Assembly (NCBI GenBank): GCA_964016885.1
Contig: OZ024745.1
Location: forward strand, 31,310,001-31,374,000
DNA: 64,000 nucleotides
Direction of reading: 5' to 3'
Source of the DNA: Eledone cirrhosa
Taxonomy: Eukaryota
Position 1 is the first letter of the stretch. The number at the start of each line of letters is the position of its first letter. The position numbers and the translations under genes are program-made. Shown here in pieces: positions 12,339 through 21,060 of the stretch. Below the pieces are notes generated by a model that saw only the letters and a program-made list of their open reading frames with translations, was not told the DNA's origin and did not search any database.

Positions 12339-12454
12339 GAAAGTGGATCCATCTTTATATTCAAGAATTGGGGGCCCCGAATGAAGCTATATAGCATCGA
12401 GGGGATACGATAATATTTTAAGTAATAATTTGTAGCTCATTGAGCAGGTTATAT

Positions 12455-12495
<41 letters not shown>

Positions 12496-12790
12496 TACAT
12501 ACACAAAACTAACACGTTGCACAATTGACAAAATTATATAACATTTAAAGGGTCGCTGGATTAGCATTGAAGACGTCCTTCTTCAGTGCAATTAGTTTCA
12601 GCCGGAAACCAGTAATTGGTGCTGTCAACTAGGTTATTATGCAATGTTGGTGTTTTAGCTGCAAACCAGTCCTGGTAGAGTAAAGACATTGCAAATGTTA
12701 CCATCTCGTCTTCCGTCCTCTTTGGGAAACTATTCATAGAAAAAAAGAAAAAAAAGATTGGCATACTCTCTCTCTCTATATATATATATC

Positions 12791-12822
<32 letters not shown>

Positions 12823-12840
12823 ATATATTATATATATATA

Positions 12841-12892
<52 letters not shown>

Positions 12893-13052
12893 ATGCTTTG
12901 TGGTGGGGGGGGGGGCATGTTGCCAATAAGAAACACACGCACCAGTTGCTTTCACTCCAATTTATTATAAATTAAATTTATAAATTTCCGGTTGGTTGGT
13001 TGGTTGGATCCACAACCGGACGGTTGTTCATATATTGTCAAAGTTCTTTCGC

Positions 13053-13106
<54 letters not shown>

Positions 13107-13179
13107 GGTATGTGGTTGACGGCTGAAAGCAGTACTCAAATAGAGTTTTAATATTCAATATTATTAAGGCTAAAAAGTG

Positions 13180-13220
13180 AGTCTTACTCTGGAGTTTCGC
13201 CTGTTTATCACAGGGTCATC

Positions 13221-13225
<5 letters not shown>
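13180..13225 (-). ncRNA. Degenerate hammerhead ribozyme-like motif at a Penelope-like terminus abutting (TA)n
   Basis: Minus strand reads AGT-CTGATGA-C-CCTGT-GATAA-ACAGG-C-GAAA-CTC-CA-GAG-TA-AGACT; stem I is out of register by 2 nt. Confidence 0.5.
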
Positions 13226-13274
<49 letters not shown>

Positions 13275-14176
13275 AATACAATACCAGTCTTATTTTTTTT
13301 AAACAGTAGGGTGTGATTTTAGGGAGATTTGGCTGTTGTTTCTAGCAGGTCGAACAATGCCTTAAAAGTTTGATCGTTAGCTCGTATTTAGGGTGTGCCA
13401 ATTTGGGGCGAAGCACAACCTTCTTCAAACGTTCTCGCAGAGTTTGTTGTGTCAATGTTTTCTTACTTATCCACAAGAAATATTTTCACCTGCTAACACA
13501 TTCACATATAAAATATAGTAGTTGCTAGAAATAGCAGCCAAATATCCTTCTAATTACACTCTACTGCCTTAAGAAAATAGGAAATATTGCACAATGTAGA
13601 CTCTGATGTGCACGTAGTCGGTGTAGTCACGGCTGGAACACCTTTGTTCATAGTTCTGCTGCTCGATCAGAGGTTGAAAAACAACAACAACAATTGATTG
13701 CCCTTACAGGATATACATGCAAAAAAAAAAAAAAAGATCTAAATTAATTGAAATCTTCCCCTTAGTTGGCATTCACTCCTTACCCTTATTTACCCCCAAT
13801 TCATGTCGTTTTAGTTTATATTTTTTCAGTAGATGTACGGCCTACTTTGAAAGTTGACTAGACATACATCATGGGAGACAACCCTTCAGTAGTTAATTAT
13901 ATTAACACACTCAAGTGCTACGCAATCGCGTAGTTTTCTTCCTTATTTGATATATATTTATCCTTATCGAGCCCTCTTTGGATTTTAGTCTTCAAATTTA
14001 TTATTATTACTATATATATATAGTAATAATAATAAATTTGAATATTATATATATATATAAACGTTTGTATATGTATAATAAAGCCAAAACAATGCAGGTA
14101 TGGACATAGAATAAAGAATGCAAATGCAAAAGATATTGTTGACAATTAGTCTTTTACCTTAGATTTATTTAAATGT

Positions 14177-14212
14177 CCTAAATTTTCGAGATAATATCTC
14201 TTCTTCAGAGGG
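14177..14212 (-). ncRNA. Minimal hammerhead ribozyme-like motif (left arm)
   Basis: CCT-CTGAAGA-A-GAGATA-T-TATCTC-GAAA-AT-TT-AGG; stem I CCT/AGG, palindromic AATT at stem III. Confidence 0.6.
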
Positions 14213-14276
14213 AAGTAAAGTTGTCAAATCAGTGTTCTAAATAGCTTGCCAAGTATTGGCAAGCTATTTAGACTTC

Positions 14277-14311
14277 CCTCTGAAGAAGAGATATTATCTC
14301 GAAAATTTAGC
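14277..14311 (+). ncRNA. Minimal hammerhead ribozyme-like motif (right arm; stem I weakened, AGG to AGC)
   Basis: CCT-CTGAAGA-AGAGATATTATCTC-GAAA-AT-TT-AGC. Confidence 0.5.
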
Positions 14312-14410
14312 ACATTTAAATAAATCTAAGGTAAAAGACTAACTGTCAACAATATCTTTTGCATTTGCATTCTTTATTCTATGTCCATACCTGCATTGTT
14401 TTGGCTTTAT

Positions 14411-14479
<69 letters not shown>

Positions 14480-14484
<5 letters not shown>

Positions 14485-14865
14485 TTAGTGGTTAGAGCAC
14501 TGGGCTTGCAATCGAAAGGTTGTGAGTTCAATTCTCAGACCGGGCGATGTGTGTTTCCTTGAACAAGACACTTTATTTCATATTGCTCCAGTTTACTCAG
14601 CTGTAGAACTAGGGTCTGTAGAACTAGCTGATAGGACTAGGGTCCCTATCATTCCACTGCAAAGTGGTCGTGGAGGTGCCACGGCAAAGGGCACCCAGCC
14701 CACACTATAAATGAGGTTGGGAAGGGCATCCAGCTGTAGAAATCCAGCCAGAATCAGTTCCCGTATGAGCAAGACATGGTCAGCCGACCGGACACTGCCC
14801 ACAACAGGACAACCCGTCTAACCCATGCTAGCGTGGAAGAACGGACGTAAAACGGTGATGATGAT
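14480..14865 (+). mobile_element. tRNA/CORE-type SINE with an RTE-derived 3' tail
   Basis: A-box TGGCTTAGTGG, B-box GAGTTCAATTC and CORE-like TTCCTTGAACAAGACACTTT; 3' GGAAGGGCATCCAGC..CCATGCTAGCGTGGAA..(TGA)n is shared with the RTE 3' UTR at 62266-62420. Confidence 0.8.
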
Positions 14866-14948
14866 ATATATATATATATGTATGTATACATATATATGTA
14901 TGTATGTATGTATATGTATATATATATATGTGTGTGTATGTATGTATG

Positions 14949-14979
<31 letters not shown>

Positions 14980-15001
14980 GTATGTATATATATATATATA
15001 T

Positions 15002-15447
15002 AACTTTCTAGACTACAGACCACATTTTTGAAACGAATGATTTAAAAATAAACCCATACAGCTTTTCAGAGTTCACATAAAGTTTTGAGATCATAAAACG
15101 TATGGTGACAGAACCGAGATCAAGACTTTTAATTAACGTTTGTTGAACTTTACGGCCTTCCAGTTCGAATCTGGAAATCAGATGACTTTATTAAGCTTAG
15201 GTGTCGTCGTTTAGCGATTGATACACAAACAAAGGTAAACGACGACACCTAAGCTTAATAAAGTCATCTGATTTCCAGATTCGAACTGGAAGGCCGTAAA
15301 GTTCAACAAACGTTAATTAAAAGTCTTGATCTCGGTTCTGTCACCATACGTTTTATGATCTCAAAACTTTATGTGAACTCTGAAAAGCTGCATGGGTTTA
15401 TTTTTAAATCATTCGTTTCAAAAATGTGGTCTATAGTCTAGAAAGTT
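15002..15447. repeat. Near-perfect 212-bp inverted repeat with a 22-nt spacer at the 5' end of the LINE
   Basis: Arms 15002-15213 and 15236-15447 differ by two transitions. Confidence 0.95.
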
Positions 15448-15770
15448 TCAGCATGCTGCAATTGATTTTAAAAAAAAAATTGATATCTATTTTTTAATTT
15501 TTTTTATTCAACAAACAAATTACTTTTCTTCTGTGGCCCTAAAGTCCTTGCTTTTCCCTTCCCTTTCCTCTCATTTATGGCTTTTATAGTCCTTTCCTCT
15601 ACTTTCCCATACAGCCAAAACGATGATGATGATGCACATTAAGATCTGCTCTGGATATTGCAGAAGGGAAAGCTGCAGCATTCCCAACGATTACATTATA
15701 CAAAAACAATTTAAACCCACAAGTACCCGATAAGCATCCGAAACTCTCTCAACGATATATTTAAGAACAT

Positions 15771-16559
15771 ATGGGTAGAAATAACAAAATTGCCATGGTG
15801 ATATCCATCGATGAAATATGCGACAAAACCGGCCGATGTCCCAAGATAGAACATTGCCCAGAAAATCACATCTGCCATATCTGTGCGGAACCCGAAAACT
15901 CGTTCCGTAATCGCTGGGTCGAATGTGGAACCTGTCGCATCTCTGTCTGCCTTCAATGCGCCACAGGCTTCCGGAGGATCCCAGGCCAAAAAAAGAGACA
16001 TCATAATGCTATGATGGATGGAATATGGGAGATGGTCCAGCTAAAATCCTGGTCCTTTCAGTGTCTGGCCTGTGTGCCTGCCTCCACTAATGTTATTAAT
16101 GTTATTGAAAAACAACAACAACAACAAAAACCAATGACTGTGTCTTCCTCTACCATTGTTACTGAACAACGGCAAAAACCTATGACACTGGCTTCTACTG
16201 CTATTCCTGTGGGAGAACATCAGAAACAACAACAACCCATGTCTTCCACTCCCAGTACATCTCGACACCAACAACTGGTGACTGTGTCTTCCCCTACCAT
16301 TCCTGTGGAGGAACATCATCATCACCAACAACAACAACAGCAACAACCTGCGACTGTGTCCTCCCCTGCCATTCCCGTGGAGGAACATCATCATCACCAA
16401 CAACAACAACAACAGCAACAACCTGCGACTGTGTCCTCCCCTGCCATTCCCGTGGAGGAACATCATCATCACCAACAACGACAGCAGCAGCAGCAGCAAC
16501 AACAACAACAACAACAACAACAACAACCGTCAGTACAGATTTTGCGGAACTGCAACTAA
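15771..16559 (+). CDS. LINE ORF1 N-terminal part: PHD-like zinc finger plus poly-Q/His repeats
   Basis: CHIC...WVECGTC...CLQC...FQCLAC spacing; three TVSSPxIPVEEHHHHQn repeats. Confidence 0.8.
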   Translation: MGRNNKIAMVISIDEICDKTGRCPKIEHCPENHICHICAEPENSFRNRWVECGTCRISVCLQCATGFRRIPGQKKRHHNAMMDGIWEMVQLKSWSFQCLACVPASTNVINVIEKQQQQQKPMTVSSSTIVTEQRQKPMTLASTAIPVGEHQKQQQPMSSTPSTSRHQQLVTVSSPTIPVEEHHHHQQQQQQQPATVSSPAIPVEEHHHHQQQQQQQQPATVSSPAIPVEEHHHHQQRQQQQQQQQQQQQQQQPSVQILRNCN

Positions 16560-17158
16560 TGATTTCTGCTCTGAGAAGGGAAGTTGCAGGAATAGAGGCA
16601 AGCATTCGGGTAGGACCCCACAATGAGGGGTCTTATCGGAATGCCTTGCTAAAGAATCTCCCTGTACCTCTTGCTGGAAAGACTGAAAAGACTGCGGAAT
16701 CTGCTACCCATGAAGTGATTGCCATTGGGGTATCAGAGGACAAGGCTGATCTTCAGGCATTTGCTGCCAGCTCAGCCAAAGACCTAGGCTGTGTTCCCCC
16801 AAAGGGTGCCCTCCGCCTTGGTCGACCTGGTCCAAAACCCAGACTCATCAGGCTGTCTTTCTCGGACCCCGCAGAGGCAACCACATATCATCTGGCCTCT
16901 GCTAAAGCTGGGCGTGAAAGTCGGATTACCTTCCGAACACGCCCAGGCCTACCACCCCATGTACGTCCAAAACTACGTGCTGCAGCTTCCTTGAATCGGA
17001 ACTCAGCACAAGATGAAAGTTTCAGTCTGCGTGATGATGGGCAGATCTGGAGGTTTGTCAAGGCTGGTGAAACGTGGAAGAGAGATACCAGCTGGTCTGA
17101 GTGTGATCTACCCACAATAACTGGCAATGTAAAAACTGCTACAACTCTGGGAAACTAA
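16559..17158 (+). CDS. LINE ORF1 C-terminal part (coiled coil plus RRM-like region), in the -1 frame relative to 15771-16559
   Basis: LRREVAGIEASIR coil, VIAIGVSE and RLGRPGPKPRLIRLSF, typical of CR1/L2 ORF1; the frame is open from 16166. Confidence 0.75.
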   Translation: MISALRREVAGIEASIRVGPHNEGSYRNALLKNLPVPLAGKTEKTAESATHEVIAIGVSEDKADLQAFAASSAKDLGCVPPKGALRLGRPGPKPRLIRLSFSDPAEATTYHLASAKAGRESRITFRTRPGLPPHVRPKLRAAASLNRNSAQDESFSLRDDGQIWRFVKAGETWKRDTSWSECDLPTITGNVKTATTLGN

Positions 17159-19980
17159 ACCAGAACAACCTGCCACCCTCTACACACCATCATAAACTGC
17201 GAGCAGGGTACAAATTGTTGTCCTTAAATGCTCGCAGTTTATGCAACAAGATACATCTGTTCGAATCCTACGTCAGAAGCATCGACCCTGACTTCATCAC
17301 AGTCACGGAAACATGGGCACATTCCTTACTCTGTGATGGGGTTTTCACCATTACTGGGTACAACCTTTTCCGCAAGGACCGCATTAACCGCCGTGGTGGT
17401 GATGTGATGGTCTACGTTCGTTCAAACTTTTCGGTAATTCCTTGCGTTGATTTGAACGAATCACAGGAAGAAGTTTTTTTCTGTGACATACGTATGACCA
17501 TGTCAACACTTCTGCTTGGTGTTGTTTATCGCCCCCCAAACTACCATCAGGACACACAGCTTTGCGATATCCTCAGAGTTGCTGCCAAGAAAACAGCCAC
17601 TTATGTGTTTATTGCAGGTGACTTCAATCATCCTGAGATCGATTGGGAAACCTTTCGTTGGCCACAGGGTGCAAACGATTTGCTTGAACTAGTGCTGGAC
17701 TCAAACTGGTCACAAGTAGTCACCTCTCCAACAAGAGGTGACAACACTTTGGACCTGATCTTCACCACTACTCCTGAAGTGGTTATCAGTTGTACTACTG
17801 AGGAACCTCTAGGCGACTCTGATCATGCTATGATCATTGCCAATCTGGCACTTGAGGGCAGCAACAAAAACCAGAGCCATCTCCAATCTGCTTGCTTTGA
17901 TTGGAAGAGGGCGGATTGGAACTTGTACTGCACTGAGCTACAGCGCCCAAACTGGCATGAGATGTATAACTCTGGAGATGTGAACTCTATACTCCAGAGC
18001 ATCCTGGACTCAATATGGATAGCGTGTGCAGCATCAGTGCCACGGAAGCGGAAAAATAACCACCCCAAAAGTGCAATCTGGGAAACTTCAGCGGTCCGAC
18101 TTGCCAGGAAAGAACGTCGGAACGCTGAACGGGAATATAAACTGCATAGATCAGATGCCAACAGAAAAAAGCGGAATAAATCTTCTAACCATCTCAAGCA
18201 AGTGACAAAGAAGGCAGTGCTTGAATTTGAACAGTGCATCGCAACCAATCCTGACAGTAAGGTGTTCTGGAAATATGTTCATTCAAAGCAGAGACCTCAC
18301 TCTCCAGTTGGTCCTCTTCGCAATCCCCACACAAGCCAGATCACTGACGATCCCAAGGAATGCGCAGAACTCATTGCTGAGTGCTATGCAAGTATTTTTA
18401 CTGTTGAAAACCAGAATGTACCATCTCCACCATCTCTAACATCAAATTCCATAACAACTATGGAATTTACACCTGCAATGTTGCGACGTCACCTTAAGAA
18501 TAAGCGCAACTATGCCTCCCCTGGTCTTGATGGTGTGACATACCTGCTTCTCAAACGTGGCGGGGATTTCCTTTTGCGCCAGCTTTCTTTTTTCTTTCAA
18601 TACTGTCTCAGCAATGGTGCTACTCCGGAGCAGTGGAAAACTGCCAGTGTCATTCCCCTGTTCAAAAAGGGCAACCGCATGTCACCTGTCAACTATCGTC
18701 CAGTCAGTCTTACTAGCTGTATGGCCAAACTGATGGAATCCTGTGTCAGAGAAACACTTTGGAACTTCTGGAGCTCTCACAGCCTCATCCGGCCCTCACA
18801 GTTTGGATTTATCCCTAACTCCAGCTGCTGTGATCAGCTTATCGAGTTCCTTGAGGACATCACCCGGATCACTGACAGCGGCTCATGGGTGGATGTTGTT
18901 TACCTTGACTTTGCTAAGGCTTTTAATTCTGTGCCACACAAAAGACTTATGGCAAAACTCTCTGCAATGGGTGTGAGGGATGATCTTTTCGACTGGCTGA
19001 AATCCTTCATTCTCAGCCGAAAGGAAGTAGTCACGGTTCTAGGACAGCATTCTTCACCATATGAGATGTCATCTGGTGTACCACAGGGATCTGTTCTTGG
19101 TCCTCTTTTGTTTGTGGCATATATTAATGACATAGATGCCAACTTACAGAATGCCACGGTACTAAAATATGCAGATGACATCAAGCTGTACCTTGAAATC
19201 AAAAGGACTGATCCTGAAATTTACAACTCTTTCCTACAATCAAACCTGGACACAATGCAGCAATGGATCACAGACTGGCAACTGAAGCTGGCTGTGGACA
19301 AGTGTACCACCATGCATTTTGGAAGGAAAAATCCAGCGTCCACATACTCCCTCCACAACACTGACATCAAAAAGTCCTCTTGTGAACGTGACCTGGGCAT
19401 TACTGTCAGCAACGATTTGCGTTGGACAAAGCATGTCTCTAAGATTGTCAAGAAGGCCGAGGGTGTCTTGGCATCACTCAGCAAGACCTTTGTTAGCCGC
19501 TCTCCAGCCATCTATTTAAAACTGTATACAGTTATGGTGCGACCACACTTGGAATTCGCATCATCAGTCTGGAACCCCTATCTTGCTCGGAACATTGACC
19601 TCCTGGAAACTGTTCAGAGACGTGCAACCAAGCGCATACCCTCCATCAGACACCTACCATACTCTGAACGCCTTGCTTCCCTGGGCATGGATTCATTGAA
19701 GCTCCGACGTCTGGCAATGGACTTGGTGAATACCCACAAAGTTTTTAACCATCTCGCCAACTGCAACCTTGAGCGCCTCTTTGATCTCCATGTGTCTAAC
19801 ACACGTGGACATGCCTACAAGATAAGAAAACAGCACAGCTCCCATGACTTTCGCAGACATTTTTTCACGCTCAGAGTTGCTGAAGCATGGAACAAACTGC
19901 CTGCGTCAATTGTTAGCTGCCGAGACACTGCATCCTTTAAGACACTCATGCTTCCCGAAATACGCCAAAACTACACCTGA
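17149..19980 (+). CDS. LINE ORF2: APE endonuclease plus reverse transcriptase, uninterrupted, with no AUG before the endonuclease
   Basis: NARSL, VTETW, GDFN, LDL, SDH (APE); YRPVSLTS, QFGF, LDFAKAF, GVPQGSVLGP, YADD (RT). Frame open from 17107; first in-frame ATG at 17407. Confidence 0.95.
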   Translation, partial: GKLNQNNLPPSTHHHKLRAGYKLLSLNARSLCNKIHLFESYVRSIDPDFITVTETWAHSLLCDGVFTITGYNLFRKDRINRRGGDVMVYVRSNFSVIPCVDLNESQEEVFFCDIRMTMSTLLLGVVYRPPNYHQDTQLCDILRVAAKKTATYVFIAGDFNHPEIDWETFRWPQGANDLLELVLDSNWSQVVTSPTRGDNTLDLIFTTTPEVVISCTTEEPLGDSDHAMIIANLALEGSNKNQSHLQSACFDWKRADWNLYCTELQRPNWHEMYNSGDVNSILQSILDSIWIACAASVPRKRKNNHPKSAIWETSAVRLARKERRNAEREYKLHRSDANRKKRNKSSNHLKQVTKKAVLEFEQCIATNPDSKVFWKYVHSKQRPHSPVGPLRNPHTSQITDDPKECAELIAECYASIFTVENQNVPSPPSLTSNSITTMEFTPAMLRRHLKNKRNYASPGLDGVTYLLLKRGGDFLLRQLSFFFQYCLSNGATPEQWKTASVIPLFKKGNRMSPVNYRPVSLTSCMAKLMESCVRETLWNFWSSHSLIRPSQFGFIPNSSCCDQLIEFLEDITRITDSGSWVDVVYLDFAKAFNSVPHKRLMAKLSAMGVRDDLFDWLKSFILSRKEVVTVLGQHSSPYEMSSGVPQGSVLGPLLFVAYINDIDANLQNATVLKYADDIKLYLEIKRTDPEIYNSFLQSNLDTMQQWITDWQLKLAVDKCTTMHFGRKNPASTYSLHNTDIKKSSCERDLGITVSNDLRWTKHVSKIVKKAEGVLASLSKTFVSRSPAIYLKLYTVMVRPHLEFASSVWNPYLARNIDLLETVQRRATKRIPSIRHLPYSERLASLGMDSLKLRRLAMDLVNTHKVFNHLANCNLERLFDLHVSNTRGHAYKIRKQHSSHDFRRHFFTLRVAEAWNKLPASIVSCRDTASFKTLMLPEIRQNYT

Positions 19981-20013
19981 TGTACCCCTTCCATACACAT
20001 GCACACATGTGTG

Positions 20014-20270
20014 TATCATGACTCGTGCACTGTTCATTTTACTGATGTTTGTGCATTGCCCTATGTACTGTACATGCACTTTTTTGATGAGTTGTGGTGC
20101 ACCTGGGCACTGTACACAATATTTCATTATTGTTATTGTTATTATATCATGACTCATACACTGTTTATTTTCCTGACATTTGTACATTATTCTATGTACT
20201 ATACATGCACCTTTGATGAGTTGTAGTGCACCTGAGCACTGTACACAATAATTTCATTATTATTATTATA
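20014..20270 (+). repeat. Tandem duplication of the LINE 3' terminal ~130 nt
   Basis: TATCATGACTC...GTGCACCTG(G/A)GCACTGTACACAAT...TTCATTATT at 20014-20144 and 20145-20270, visibly diverged from each other. Confidence 0.9.
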
Positions 20271-20764
20271 TATAGTTTTCTAAAAGATCATGAATCGGCG
20301 TTTACAGTCTGAATGAATAAAAGGGAAGTAACTCTAACTGCCATATATCGTTTCGGTCGAATATACAAAAGAAAATTTGCCGAGCAAACGAAGTAATCTT
20401 GACGTGATAAGACTTAAGAATATCAGTTAAATATCTCTTAAATCATACCATACAATCTTTTTTTTAAGGACACATTGAATGATGTAGACATAAATACACC
20501 ATGGGATGATCATGGCTTGAACATTTTTGGTCATAAATCTACACATTCAAAGCAACCAAAAAAATATTTTGTTTCCTTTTTATTTTATTATATTTTTACA
20601 TAACCAAATTGTCCAGAATACGCGTTAATTATTTTCTCAGTGAAAAAATACACGTAACCATATACATTAAAATAAAATATAGCAAAAATAAAACGAACCC
20701 ATTAATTCAATACTATCTCTGTCAACTTGATGCATGACTTTGAACATGAAACCTTCATCATCAT

Positions 20765-21060
20765 CTTCTTCGCCCGCTTATTCTTCTCCCCCATCCTCCT
20801 CCTCCCTTTTCTTCTTCTTCTTGAGATGGTCGTAGGGGATGATTTCTAAAACACTCCTTCCAGCAAGTCCTATCAGAAGCAACCGTCTCCAACTAATCTA
20901 GCTGGATCCTCAAGCGTGGCCAGCCAAGCTCATGAATGTTATCCAACCATCTTGCTCGGGGATCTACCCCTAGGTCTCCTGTCGGAGATCAGAGAGTCAC
21001 TCTACCTAGCGTGACTCTTTGATCTCCGAGCAATGCACTCTATCGAGTAACGTTACTCCA
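20765..21060 (-). mobile_element. RTE-like LINE 3' fragment of a second family with a (GAA)n tail
   Basis: Minus strand has RRPRGR-type C-terminus and TTGGAGACGGTTGCTTCTGATAGGAC; homologous to 22980-23330 and about 25425-25490. Confidence 0.55.

Larger units (their letters stand above)
14072..14416. mobile_element. Palindromic Penelope-like terminus: 145-bp inverted arms with a nested 17-bp hairpin
   Basis: Arms 14072-14216 and 14272-14416 differ at 2 positions; inner stem 14236-14252/14256-14272; each arm has a hammerhead motif followed by AATAAA; microsatellites on both sides. Confidence 0.75.
15214..20270 (+). mobile_element. Apparently full-length CR1-clade LINE; 5' boundary inferred
   Basis: PHD-type ORF1, APE+RT ORF2 with CR1-type C-terminus (TRGH..K...R..FF..RV..WN.LP), 3' stem-loop and (ATT)n tail. 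Confidence 0.9.

Noticed and set aside
12570-12610. Minus-strand GAAAC...CTGAAGA motif; also CTGATGA at 36165 and 38882
   Set aside because: The pairing needed for any hammerhead topology could not be built
14480-14545. tRNA gene-like A/B boxes (also other SINE heads)
   Set aside because: No complete cloverleaf; each continues into a repeated SINE body
16160-16185. Slippery site for the ORF1a/ORF1b frame change
   Set aside because: The A runs near the start of the overlap are not in X_XXY_YYZ phase; the rest of the overlap was checked less closely
16041-19802. Antisense and alternative-frame ORFs inside the LINE (poly-L, poly-V and others)
   Set aside because: Shadows of the CAA repeats and of the RT coding strand; no independent motifs
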